Below, in pieces: positions 36,646 through 49,680 of a stretch of DNA of 64,000 nucleotides. The stretch is from Octopus sinensis (Eukaryota). Positions within the stretch are counted from its first letter, which is position 1. Each line of letters starts with the position of its first letter. Both the position numbers and the translations under genes were made by a program. The stretch lies in NCBI RefSeq assembly GCF_006345805.1, contig NC_042998.1:185070001-185134000 (forward strand). Direction: 5' to 3'. Under the pieces are notes generated by a model. It worked only from the letters and a program-made list of their open reading frames with translations. It was not told where the DNA came from and did not search any database.

Positions 36646-37840
36646 TATAATACATATATATATATATATGCAGGTGTGTTTGTGTGTGTGTGTGTGCTTA
36701 TTTTATCGATTCTGAAAGAATGAGGAGTAGAACAGACCCCGGCGGAATTTGAACTCAGAACGCTAAGCATTTTTCCTGGTGTGTTAACAATTCTGCCAGC
36801 TCGCCGCTAAACAAATAAAAATAATAACGTATAATATTCATTTATTCATATTTCATAATAGAACCAGTGTATAAGGGACAGTATGGCTGAATGACTGAGA
36901 CGTTCGTTTCGCAACCACGAAGTCCCGAGCTCGGTCCCACTGCGTACCATCTTGGCCAAATGTTATTTTCTACAGCCTTGAGTCGATCCTTAAACTATTT
37001 GAGTGAAATTTGGTTGGCAAAAACCATACAGGTCCCCCAAATGGTATGTACCATTAGTTGAAAGGGAACCTCCTTCACGCTGATCCTACCTAAAAGTTAC
37101 ATAAAGAGTCCACGTGTCTATGGAATGCTCAGCTACTTACATGTTAATTCAGAAGGAAGTAATTTAGCTGATTGAATAATTCAATTCTCGTCGTCGCACG
37201 ACGGAGATCCACTTCCAGAATCAGTACTACTATAAAGTTATTTAAATTTAAGCTGCGAGCTACATTTGGTAATGGATTTCGATTTCAGATTGTAAACTAT
37301 TTCTCTTCGCATTTCTGCTTTTTCGTTTTTTTCCTCCTCCTCTACTTTTTTTCCTATTTTCCTCTCTCAATCCTTCTGTTCATTCTCATTGCTAATACTC
37401 TATCTAGAGAAATGCATGAACATCGAACCTTGGAGTCTTATCTCTTCGGAAAAATTCACTGCAGTTTATCAGCTGATGAGCCAAAGAAAAGTTTGGTGGT
37501 GTGTGTGCTCTGGCACCTGCATTGCATGGACCACTAACAACAGTCAATTAACAACAGAACAGTTGACTTGACTGAAAGAAGACCCAATGGGGGAGAACAG
37601 TCCTCTATTGTAAACAGTATATTAGTTGATTGGCATGTGTTTCAATAGCTCAGCCTACCCTGCTCAGATCATAATGAGGACAAGACACCGTTGTTCTCCG
37701 TCAAAGGGCGTGATACAGCAGTTGAGGAGAGAATGTTAGAGTTTCTGTTGTTCCATCCTTTATCGTCATTTAATGGTTATGACAAACCAACAAGGCAACC
37801 TCTATGCATATATATATACACACACATACACACATACATA

Positions 37841-38690
37841 TACAAGCTGCAATGGGTAAATTGTCGCCATTTTATATTCTTTTATTTCACGCATGCGTAT
37901 TGTTTCTTTTTGATCTTGCCAACTACACAGTATAGTAGGGTCAGTTTGGTACCGTCTGTGAGAAAAACGGTACCATGATGTAATTCACTTTGCCAGAAAT
38001 TTGGAAACGACATGCTGTGCTGCTTGGCATTCGCACCGAAAGCTCCAGTACGAACATTTCAGAGTGTTTGGGTGTCAATCTGACGACAAGTACCGAGAAT
38101 GATAAAAACCAAACTTCCAGTCATCACGGTGTTTGGAGTGATCACTAGTGATGACGACGTTACGCTTCCATTCATCTTCCCACACGGCCTCTGACACAAC
38201 CCAGGAGGCCTACATCAAGAACCTGGAGCATGTAGTGCTGCTCCGAGTCAAGAGAGTGGCTGCTGGAGGACTCTACGTCTGGCAACAGGATCCTGCATCA
38301 TGCCACCCAATCAGGAGAACCCAGTCGTAGCAGTCAGACAACATCTGCGACCGCATCACCCCTAACATCTGGCCACCTAACACCTCAAACTGCAACGCCC
38401 TTGATTATTATGTGTGGGGCGCAGTTGAGTGACAGACCAACAAAACTCCTTGTAACACCAAAGATGAACTGAAAGCAAAGATTGTAGCAGCATTCACCTA
38501 CTTAATCAAGGAGACTGTACAGAAGAGTTGCAGGAGATTCTGAAGTTGTCTGGAGACCGTGGTTAAAGCCAATGGCGATTTTATTGAATAAATTTACTCT
38601 TTAGTATTTCAAGATATTTTTATGTAATTTTGGTAAATATATATCTTAAAATGTGATATCAGTGTTATTTCCATTTTTGTGTAATTTAGA
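37841..38690 (+). mobile_element. Decayed, internally deleted maT (DD37D) Tc1/mariner element
   Basis: VFGVITSD..PFIFPHGL; QQD followed 37 residues later by the D of WPPNTSNCNALDYYVW; stop at 38591. Confidence 0.8.
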
Positions 38691-38838
38691 CTACAGGTTA
38701 CATAGTATACAACTACGTGCTTTGACTACAGCATTAGAGCATTTTAGCTCTTATTTCTAGCAAGATAGATGTTTCTAACACCCTAGTCATATTTCGTGAC
38801 AACTATAGTTTTCCTTTTTGGTAAGATATTGCACACTA

Positions 38839-38880
<42 letters not shown>

Positions 38881-38949
38881 TATATATATTTATATATATA
38901 TATATAATATATATAATATATATATGTGTGTGTGTGGTGTGTATGTATG

Positions 38950-39090
38950 TATTTCCTTTTTCTATGTTTCTGACGAAGAGCTCAGCTCGAAACGTTAAAT
39001 CCTCCTTCTTTCTTTCCTTTCCTGAGCGTCCAATAACACTATACTTGTTTCACGTACTCGCGTTGTTGTGTTTTCTCTTTGTTCATGTTT
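38950..39090 (+). mobile_element. Penelope-like pLTR remnant
   Basis: Contains the hammerhead at 38965-39000 and follows AT/GT microsatellites. Confidence 0.6.
38965..39000 (+). ncRNA. Minimal type I hammerhead ribozyme motif, canonical C3:G8 core
   Basis: TGTTT CTGACGA A GAGC TCA GCTC GAAA CG TT AAAT; palindromic AACGTT stem III; 3-4 bp stem I. Confidence 0.7.
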
Positions 39091-39098
39091 AGATTAAC

Positions 39099-39131
<33 letters not shown>

Positions 39132-39852
39132 GTATGTATATATATATATATGCGCAAAGATCTATTAGAAATAGCAAATAAACGTCTCTTAAATCACAAC
39201 CTACCGTCTTACAAGCAGAAAAGACGTATTGGGTAATATAATTGGAAGTTGACTCATCTGAACAGTCGTGATGGTCACGAGTCGAATGTATTTTAATATG
39301 GGTTTGCTTGATAAAAATAACAATAGGGCCTTCGTGATGACTCATGAAACTCCATCAAGAGACTCTGTGGTCGCAAACAGGAAACGATAGAGAGCCAGAA
39401 GAAACAACAACTACAATTTGATAATGATACTAATGATGATGTTGATGATGGTGTTGATGATTATGCTGATGATGAGGAGGAGAATGATGACAGAGAAGAC
39501 ATATGGGCATCCCATCGTTATCCAATGTGCTCGTCCATTGCGCAGCCGTGAGAAGGAAGATTTGACTGCTAATTATGGCAAGACCACGTATGGGGTTCCA
39601 TGTTAACTGACAATGATGACGATGATGGTAGTGGTGTTGGTGGGGATCGTGGTGGTCGTGGTTGACGTGGTGGTCATCGTTGTGGTGATAGTTGCAATGG
39701 TGGCAGTGACGGGAAAAATCAGAAGAGCGAAGTAGAAAACAAATGAAACAAAGAGAGGGAAGTCTGTGAGAAATAAATAGATGAATAAATAAATAAATGA
39801 ATAACAACAATAACAACAATAACAACAACAACAACAACAATAATAATAATAA

Positions 39853-40383
39853 ATGCCCTGATGCAGTACCAGGCAGTGGCTATCATGGCTTCTGATTTTC
39901 ACTGATTGGAAGTGTTATTATGTACTTTGTTTTGTCTTGGTATAAAAGAATGGTTACAGCAAATATTCTGCTCAATACCACAGATTTGTTTGTCAGTTGT
40001 TTGACCTTAACCAGTTGATCATGTCCCTTGGTGGCTGACGATATGTGCATCTCTGATCACGAGCAGAAGTAGTGTGGGAGCATCATAGCCGTGTTGGAGG
40101 TTTGGATAATTCCCCTTTGGAATCATGGGTGGTTCGTTCAACATTCTTAAACAACCCTTATTCAGGGACCTTTTGAGCGGGATGGGCTACTCAATCAGAA
40201 GAAAATTCTAATTGGGCCCCATCTGCAAGGTCATGCGCTGTTTATCTTGATATGAGATCACCATGTCGCGCACATATGGTTGTGATGCATGTGCCTTATC
40301 AGACGGGTAGTCATGATGGGTATACCGGGCTTGGTATATTTTACCCCAGTGTCACTTTGATGGCATGCACTGCTCTCTCACTC

Positions 40384-40384
<1 letters not shown>
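39853..40384. mobile_element. ~550-bp non-coding element inserted in (AAT)n, copy 1
   Basis: ATGCCCTGATGCAGTACC...GCACTGCTCTCTCACTCA; homologous to the three copies at 41608-43268. Confidence 0.8.
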
Positions 40385-40439
<55 letters not shown>

Positions 40440-40885
40440 TAATTTCTTTATTAACCACAAAGAGTTTACATGAAAAAAGCATTATGGACACGCAGGACAA
40501 ATCCAATGTGGAGTTACATGAAAGTCGCGTAAACAAAGAAAAACAAAAACAATAATCGAATATAACAACAAAATACCCCCAAAAGAGAGAGACCTCCTAG
40601 AACTACTCGTGAAAATCCCACAAGTCCACAACAGTCCTGACCACCAGTGTAAGTGCCCTTTCCACTTTGTCTACAAGCGCAAGCTTAGAGTAGGCCCATT
40701 CACTCGGACTATTCTTGCAACATCCACCCACCTTTTAACAAAATTGCTGGAAAGCAGAACTTCTCTCTCCACCCTCAATTTCCTTTTCAAGTAAAACTTA
40801 AACAAGTTGATGAAGGCTTGGCTAAAGAGGAAAGTATCTATCTTCAGCCCTTTCAACCTCGTCCACCACACAACCTCTTTCACAT
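40440..40885 (-). mobile_element. 3' end of an L1/Tx1-like LINE
   Basis: KEVVWWTRLKGL...FINLFKFYLKRKLRVEREVL...FVKRWVDVAR, then a stop; AATAAA and (TTA)n downstream on the minus strand. Confidence 0.55.
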
Positions 40886-41410
40886 TCAAATACTCAACAA
40901 AAACACCAGGACTAACAAGTATATATAACATAAAGAAAATAGCTGTGCTAGGCACAGCACACACCCTACGTATAACACTTTCAATACAATTAAAATAAGA
41001 GCATCACAACAAACCAGAGCACATACCCAAGGCACACAGAGCTGCGCTCAGTAGTGCAGTGAAACACGTGATAGAATAAGACTACTGAATAATACAAACA
41101 GACAGAAAAATTGACCAGACATTGTAATCAAGGACTACAACAGAGGAACTTGTCTGTTAATAGATATGACTGTCCCACAAGATCAAAGTGTCTCAAGAAA
41201 GGAATACGAAAAGCTTTCTCACTATAAAGGTCTACAAATTGAAATCGAAAAGTGTGGAAGCTTAGTACTACGAATACACCAGTAATAATTGGTGCGTTGA
41301 GAATTATAAAGAAGGGAGCTAAGAAATATATTAAGCAACTCCACAATAACTCCAGTCTCCATGAACTACAAAAGATAACCTTGATGAGTACAGCACTCTC
41401 CATCTAAAAT
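40886..41410 (+). mobile_element. Two R4/Dong-like RLE LINE 3' fragments
   Basis: TPGLTSIYNIKKIAVLGTAHTLR (40890-41000); and IVIKDYNRGTCLLIDMTVPQD..KEYEKLSHYK, PVIIGAL, ELQKITLMSTA (41090-41410; PD..D/E nuclease region). Confidence 0.75.
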
Positions 41411-41541
41411 GAAATAAATGTAGTAATAATTTTAGCACGCATAGCAAAACAAAAGTGCCCTTGCTACTCTTGGACTCCAGATGATGTCTGATACTAAGGC
41501 AGCTAAAATGAAGTTATAATGAAAGGAAACCATAAATGATG

Positions 41542-41592
<51 letters not shown>

Positions 41593-41607
41593 TAATAATA
41601 ATAATAA

Positions 41608-42671
41608 TTTGTCTTGGTATAAAAGATGGGCTACAGCAAATATTCTGCTCAATACCACAGATTTGCTTGTCAGTTGTTTGACCTTAACCAGTTGAGCATG
41701 TCCCTTAGTGGCTGACGATATGTGCATCTCTGATCACGAGCAGAAGTAGTGGGGGAGCATCATAGCCATGTGTTGAGAGGGATTCTTTGGGGTTTGAATA
41801 GTTCACCTCTGGAAACATGGGTGGTTCTTTCAACATCCTTAAAAAACCCTTATTCAGGGACCGTTTGAGTGGGATGGGCTACTCAACCTGAAGAAAATTC
41901 TAACTGGGCCCCACCTGCAAGGTCATGTGCTGTTTATCTTGATATGAGATCACCATGTCGCGCACATATGGTTGTGATGCATGTGCCTGGTGTACCTTTA
42001 TCAAACGGATAGTCATGATGGATATATTGGGCTTCGTATATTTTACCCCAGTGTCACTTTGATGGCATGAACTGCTCTCTCACTCAATAATAATAATAAT
42101 ATGCCCTGATGTAGTACCAGGCAGTGGCTTTCATGGCTTCTCATCTTAACTGATTGAAAGTGTTAATAATGTACATTATTTTGACTTGGTATATAAAAAT
42201 GGGCTACAGCAAATATTCTGCTCAATACCACAAATTTGCTTGTCAGTTGTTTGATCTTGACTAGTTGAGCATGTCCCTTAGGGACTGACGATATGTGCAT
42301 CTCTGATCACGAACAGAAGTAGTGGGTAGCATTGTAGCCATGTGTTGAGAGGAATTCTCTGTGCTTTGTGTAATTCACTTTTGGAAACATGTGTTTTGTT
42401 CATCATCCTTAAACAAACCTTACTCAGGGGCCTTTTGAGCGGGATAGGCTACTCCACCTGAAAACATTTTAAATGGGCTCCACCTGCAAGGTCATGCGCA
42501 GTTTATCTGGATATGAGGTCACCATGACGCGCACGTTGTTGTGATGCATGTGCCTAGTGTAACCTTATGAGACGAGTAGTCATGATGGGTATACTGGGCT
42601 TAGTATATTTTACCTCAGTGTCACTTCGATGGTATGCACTGCTCTCTCACTCAATAATAACAACAACAATA

Positions 42672-42713
<42 letters not shown>

Positions 42714-43268
42714 GCCCTGATGCAGTACCAGGCAGTGGCTCTCATGGCTTCTGATCTTAATTGATTGGAAGTGTTATCATGTACATTGTTTTGTCTTGGT
42801 ATAAAAGATGGGCTACAGCAAATATTCTGCTCAATACCACAGATTTGCTTGTCAGTTGTTTGACCTTAACCAGTTGAGCATGTCCCTTAGTGGCTGACGA
42901 TATGTGCATCTCTGATCACGAGCAGAAGTAGTGGGGGAGCATCATAGCCATGTGTTGAGAGGGATTCTTTGGGGTTTGAATAGTTCACCTCTGGAAACAT
43001 GGGTGGTTCTTTCAACATCCTTAAACAACCCTTATTCAGGGACCGTTTGAGCGGGATGGGCTACTCAACCTGAAGAAAATTCTAACTGGGCCCCACCTGC
43101 AAGGTCATGCGCAGTTAATCTTGATATGAGATCGCCATGTCGCGCACATATGGTTGTGATGCATGTGCCTGGTGTACCTTTATCAGACGGGTAGTCATGA
43201 TGGGTATATCGGGCTTGGTATATTTTACCCCAGTGTCACTTTGATGGCATGCACTGCTCTCTCACTCA
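41608..43268. repeat. Head-to-tail array of three ~480-557-bp elements separated by (AAT)n
   Basis: Copies at 41608-42086 (truncated), 42101-42653 (more diverged) and 42712-43268. Confidence 0.9.
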
Positions 43269-43499
43269 ATAATAATAATAAGTAGAAGGAAAGAAAGAAA
43301 GAAGTGAATGAAACAATTGAAGAAGGAAAATGAGATGACGTTGATCTCAAGTTGAATTCAAGTTCCTTCCTTCCTTCGTTCATTTCATTCCTTCATTAAT
43401 TCTGTAATTCTTTCATTCGATAAAATGAATAGATAAATGGATAAATGATTGAAGATCTTTCAGGAAACTTATGTCTAAGGTGGAAGTTATGCAGGCGAC

Positions 43500-44360
43500 A
43501 ACACCACCAACGATGGCTGCAATTAGGAAGATGATGGCGGCGGCGGCGGTGGTGGCGATGGTGGTGATGGTGCTGGTAGGGGTCGGAGTTGATGATGGAG
43601 TTGATGATAATTTTTAGTAATGGTTAAAGTGGTTGAGGTGATGTGGTTGCGGTAATGGTTGTGGTCGTGTTCATTATAGTATTGGTGCAACTGTGGTGTT
43701 GGTGATGGTAGTGATGACCGTGGTGGTGGAGTTTATGGTAACAAAGCTGGTGGCGGCAGCAGTGGTGGTTGTGGTGGTTGTGGTGGTGATGGTGGTAGTG
43801 ATGGGGGTGGTGACGGTTTGAGTGGAGGTGGTAGTGGTGGTTAGTGGTGGTGATGGTAGTAGTGATGGTGGTAGTGATGGTGGTGGTGACGGTTTTGGTG
43901 GTGGTGGTGGTGGTGATTAGTGGTGGTTTTGGTGGTACTTGGCTGTGACGGTGGTAATAGTTGCGATGACGACAATGGTTGTGAGGTGGTAGTTGTGGTG
44001 CTGGTTTATTGAGGTATTGATGGTAAGGGTGGTAGTGGCAGTAGTGGTGGAGGTGGTGGTTGTGGTGGTGGTGGTGGTGGTGGTGGTGGTGGTGGTGGTG
44101 GTGGTGGTGGTGGTAGTGGTGGTAGCAGTAGTTGTGGTAGTGCTGGTGATGATGACAGTAGTGGTGATGGTAGTTGTTGTTGTTGTTGTTGGGAGATGGG
44201 TAGAAATGGTCGTCGTCGTTGTCATCGTCGTAGTGTTCTTGTTTGCTGCAGTGATAGCGGCGGCGGCGGCGACGGCGGTAGTGGTTATAGTTGCGGCGTG
44301 GTGGCGGCGGCCGCGGTGGTGGCTGTTGTCGCTGATGAAGGAAGGAGTCAATGGAAAAGC
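43500..44360. repeat. (GGT/GTA/GAT)n low-complexity trinucleotide region
   Basis: Direct reading. Confidence 0.92.
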
Positions 44361-44925
44361 AATGGCGGCGACAATAGGAAAGCAGAGAAAGCAAGAAACC
44401 GACACGGCTGGTTTCACACGGCCGGGTTGGCAGGAAATTTAGAACTGCCGTCTATGGCATCGTAGCATTCGGCAATTGTTTAATTACAGGACGCTTGAAC
44501 GCCATTTCTAACCGCTAACACTTCCAAGTTCAACACTTTTCCACACTTACACTGCTACCTTCATTACCTTCCTTCTTTCCTTCTTTCCTTCCTGTTCTGC
44601 CATTCTTCTGGAAGGTTAGAGTGGAGGTGGGAGGGAGGGGCGGGATTGGCTTCTCTTTTCGTTTCGTTTCGTTTCTTAGGTTTATTTTTGTTTTTTTTGT
44701 TTTTTAATTATTTTTTTTTGTACTTTTTATTTAACTTTTTCTTTCACTTTGTTGTGTTGTTTTCTTGTTATCGTTGTTTGGTGTTTTCTTTGTTGTTGTT
44801 GTTGTTATTGTTGTTGTTGCTTGTTTGCAACTAATACTGAACCATATGTATAATGTTTATCTTTTGTGTGTACCGGTGTACATATTGAAATGCAAGCTTG
44901 TAATGTTTCTACTTATGCATATATA

Positions 44926-44967
<42 letters not shown>

Positions 44968-45839
44968 GTGTGTGTGTTGAGATATGTGTGTGTACGTACG
45001 TTTCTGTGTAAATACATTGACACACACACATACACACATATATGCATGCATAAATATGCGAATATATAAATATATGCATACATCTATGCATTTTTTACGA
45101 CCGCTATGTGGAATGTTTTGGCAGGAACCATTTTTTAACCAGTTTCTTAACTAGGAATTGAGCTTGATTCAAAAAGTTTTAAGCCAATTTTCCTGGACCC
45201 TTTCCCGAGGTTACTAGATTGCAAGCTTGGTCGCAGAAACGTCTACCGGGGGTTGCAACCACGCAGTTCAAACGGCCAACATGCGTTATTTCGGATTGCT
45301 AACGTGTAAAGTTATGACTAGAAGCTCTCAGAGCAATTCAGACCGGCTGACCCTCAATCACCACTAAGACTTCTTAGAGATAAAAAAAAAAACTATGATC
45401 CGAAGTACAGAAGATACTTGCGTTATGAAGATTTAAGGTAACTTTGGGGTTCACATTTTGCAGTAACATTATTTTTGCTGTGAAGGTGATAGCTCGAAAG
45501 GCATGATGACTGCAACCACTGTTCTGCTTAAGGGCAGGAAGCATTTGGAAGCCATTTTAGTCACAGTTTTGTTGTTGTTTTTATCATTTTTATTGTTCAA
45601 CATTCGGTAGTTTCAGGCAAATTTCTACTACATCACCTGCTACACCTTTGTGTTGCTATGGTGTGTGCGGCATTGTGTGTTCTTTTCTGTTGTTGGAAGT
45701 GTGCAAACTCTTCCCGGTATTGTATTGCGTCAGTATTTTTTTTCTTTTGAGGAGTGGTGCAGTCTTTTTTTCTTAGATGTAGTGCAGTATTACTGTTTGT
45801 ATTGTGCGCTGAGTGTGTAATACTTTGGTTATCTAGCTT

Positions 45840-46022
45840 ACTCATAGAAGTTTATTTCATTGGATAATTATTGTATAGAGCGTCTTGTATTTGTGGGTTG
45901 TTTTGTTTCGGTTGTATTATTGAATTGATAGTGCCCTGTGTAGGATGTGGGCTGTTCCTAGCAGGGCTATCTTTTGGATGCGTCTAGTGTTGAGAATCCA
46001 GGTATAGCTTCTACGTTTTTGT

Positions 46023-46024
<2 letters not shown>
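45840..46024 (-). mobile_element. R4/Dong-like LINE 3' end adjoining (TTA)n
   Basis: Minus strand: IQKIALLGTAHILHRALSIQ then a stop. Confidence 0.7.
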
Positions 46025-46460
<436 letters not shown>

Positions 46461-46471
46461 ATTATTATATT

Positions 46472-46533
<62 letters not shown>

Positions 46534-46547
46534 TATTATTATTATTA

Positions 46548-46599
<52 letters not shown>

Positions 46600-46601
<2 letters not shown>

Positions 46602-46780
46602 CTTCAGGGTGCTCTCCCCTAACCTTTGTCTTCTTGGGCTCACCGTAGATCAATGACTGACAATGACTGATGAATGTCAGGGCACATCCAGCACATTAGG
46701 CTTAGGCTTTGTTTCACTGGGTTCCAGTGCTGCTCCAAGAATTTCTACCATGTTAACCTGAGGTTACAAAACTGAGTTTC
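46600..46780 (-). mobile_element. Possible very decayed RTE fragment
   Basis: Minus NMVEILGAA and LIYGEP resemble the RTE TNVEVL..A and LLYGEL motifs. Confidence 0.3.
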
Positions 46781-46893
46781 TGTGTATAACCAGGAAAAAG
46801 CCTACCAAGTCCCAGCTTGAGAAACACTGGCATGGTGAAGCTGCATCACGCTTCACTATACGGGATCGCACAAGAAGTATAAGTCGTACATAT

Positions 46894-47196
46894 GTGGAGG
46901 CACATGGTCTAGTGGTTAGAACAGTGGACTCGCGGTCGAAGGATCGCAGGTTCGTATCTCAGACTGGGTGATGTGTGTGTTTATGAGCGAAACACCAAAG
47001 TTCCACGCGGCTCCGGCAGAAAGTCATGGCGAACTTCTGCTGACTCTTTCGCCACAACTTTCACTCTTACCTCCTGCATCTAGCAGCTCACCTGCGACGG
47101 ATCGGCGCCCCGTCTAGATGGGGAACCTATACGCCAAGGAAACCGGGAAACCGGCCCTTATGAGCCAGGCATGGCTCGAGAAGGAACAAACAAAAA
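46894..47196 (+). mobile_element. tRNA-derived SINE sharing its 3' tail with family C
   Basis: GTGGAGGCACATGGTCTAGTGG...GGTTCGTATC head; GGAAACCGGGAAACCGGCCC.TATGAGCC tail. Confidence 0.8.
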
Positions 47197-47974
47197 TAAA
47201 TCGTAAATGCATACATACATAAACAACTTCAACCCCCACGCACCCAGGTTCTCTACTATGATAAAAAAAATTCATATTTATACCTATGATTATTGGTGCA
47301 CTTGATTATGTTAGTATCATATTGACACTCTTGATAGTTAGAACTTTCAGACAAACAAAGAGATCAGCTTGCAAGCACTGTATAATTACAATCTATAAGC
47401 ACAACGGTAAAAGCATGAAAGATTTTTCTAAAGTTCAACATATATCGTTATTGTTATTCACGTTCTAACAATGGTATTTTGTTTCTTGGTTCAAAACTAG
47501 TTTCTTCTTGTGAAAGAATTCTGATAATTAATTTAAGAAAAAATGCAACATACATGTATGAAGCATGTACACGTACGTACATTTGTGTGAATAGTTTTAT
47601 GCAGTGATGTATATATTTGTATTTGTGTATGTATGTGTATGTGTGTGCGTTTGTGTGTCCTGATGCTATCTTGCTACTTTTTAAAACATTGCATATATGC
47701 AAAACCATATCTATATATTTTTGTAATATCTATTGTATGTACGTATGTGTATTATATGTATTTCATTATGTGCGAGTACTTGAACTCAGTTAAACTAGTT
47801 CCCGATTTCATTTACAAATTGTTCATGTTTAAATTAGTTCACCATTCAGTTTGCGCAGATCATGTTGATATTTTGATGTAAGTTGTATGGTAGCGCTTTT
47901 TTGTTCCATCGCTAGTAAAGTCGGTGGTATTTCCTGTTGAAACAAAAGTATTGATAGTTCTATATTATGCCCAC

Positions 47975-48230
47975 GGGCATATGGCGTTGTGGTTAAGAGC
48001 GCAGGCTACAAACCCCAAAGTTCCGAGTTCGATTCCAGGTCATTGACCTGAATAATAATAACAGTAATAATAATAATAATAATAACATCGAAAAGTACCT
48101 TAGAAATGGGAATCCAGGTTCGAAATTTTCCCAAGACACCTGATTAAGGCTGGTTGGTATATCAGCCAAAACGTTGTGTTAACAACAAACAAGATGAGGA
48201 CAAATATCCGTCAAATGTAAATAATGTAAA
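47975..48230 (+). mobile_element. Chimeric SINE-like element: tRNA-like head, (AAT)n, then degenerate hammerhead segment
   Basis: A-box TGGCGTTGTGG (47982); B-box GAGTTCGATTCC (48025); hammerhead scaffold GACAC CTGATTA A GGCTG..CAGCC AAAA CG TT GTGTT (48135-48180); tail TGTAAATAATGTAAA. Confidence 0.6.
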
Positions 48231-49315
48231 AGTATAGACAAATCAGAACTATAAACTAGATAACTTTTGTTGTGGCTTTGCCAGAGGTGTGGGATGGGCA
48301 GCGCACGAAAACAATTTAACTTGGACTCCAATTTTGGTGGCGAAAGTAGCTATGACTCGTTTGTAGGACGAGCGCGTAGTTCAGTGATCTGATTCGAATA
48401 CTTGTAACAGAATTATATCCATTAAAGCCACTCAAGGATTAGCTGGTGTTGGTGGTGTTCAGTGGTTGATAAAATTAATGTCTAACAGTTCAAATACTGA
48501 TTGTTTAATAGTTCAAATATCATCAATAATACAACGTTATGCTAGTGAGTTGAGTACTTACATCTCACTGACTGAGGTGAATAAGATCAGAATAAAAATA
48601 ACACCAATTGTGGATTGATAAAGGACTATTGTTGTAAACAAGAACATAAAATGTGTGTGTTAGTTTGCAGAGTTGAATGAAAGACTTAACCTGGCCATAA
48701 TAAACTACATTAAAAAAAACGCAGCCTTCAATATGAATCACAACAATCCACAGTTTATAGGATTAAGTAATAACTTTAGAACTTTATTTCGTATAAGTTA
48801 GCAATAACAGAAACATTTCAATTCTTGGTCCATAGAATACAATAACAAAAGCACACTAAGCTACAGTCACACGATACAGGAACATTGTTATAGAGTAGGT
48901 CGATCGATCAAACCCAAGGCAGGTAGTTGGCTAAACGACACGGTAGGGTCCACAAACTGTAGCCCCAGATAAACTATGTTTTTTTACCTACATATCCCGA
49001 CACAAAGTAATTAATTGTACGGGATGCATTGTGACAGTCTGCATATGCTGCATTCTCTCCATTGTCCAATCTATGTAGTCTATTAAATTCTAGCAGTAAC
49101 CACAGAGGTGAATAATATGCGCTCAGAGAGCGATAGTTACTTTTTTGACCCTTAGTATAGTGTATATTCAAGTTCATTGACTATTAATGCTGCAGCTGTT
49201 AGTTGTGTATATGTATTTTTGTGCCTGTGTAGAGGGATCTTTCTCATAATGGTGTTGTAGAAGTATTCTGGTATGTTCTAAATATGTCTGAATATTTTAG
49301 ACTAGTTATTCATGT

Positions 49316-49680
49316 AGGCGTAGGAGTGGATGTGTGGTAAGTAGCTTGGTTCTGGGTTCAGTCCCACTGCGTGGCACCATGGGTAAGTGTCTTCTACTAT
49401 GGCCTCGGGCCGACCAAAGCCTTGTGAGTGGATTTGGTAGACGGAAACTGAAGAAGCCCGTCGTATATATGTGTATATATATATATGTATGAGTGTGTGT
49501 CTGTGTTTGTCCTTCCCCCAACATTGCTTGTGGTGTATTTACGTCCCCGTCACAAAAGAGACCGATAGAATAAGTACTAGGCTTATAAAGAATAAGTCCT
49601 GGGGTCGATTTGCTCGACTAAAGGCGGTGCTCCAGCATGGCCACAGTCAAATGACTGAAACAAGTAAAAGAGTAAAGAGA
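49316..49680 (+). mobile_element. SINE family B
   Basis: Head, CORE-like block and tail ending (TAAAAGAG). Confidence 0.85.

Noticed and set aside
37473-37500. CTGATGA plus hairpin as a hammerhead
   Set aside because: No GAAA after stem II, and no stem I or III.
43624-44442. 256-aa His-rich and related Thr/Val-rich ORFs
   Set aside because: Trinucleotide low complexity open in several frames on both strands; no domain recognised.
47975-48045. Functional tRNA gene (also considered for other SINE heads)
   Set aside because: No complete cloverleaf; the acceptor stem does not close and the heads run into repeat bodies.
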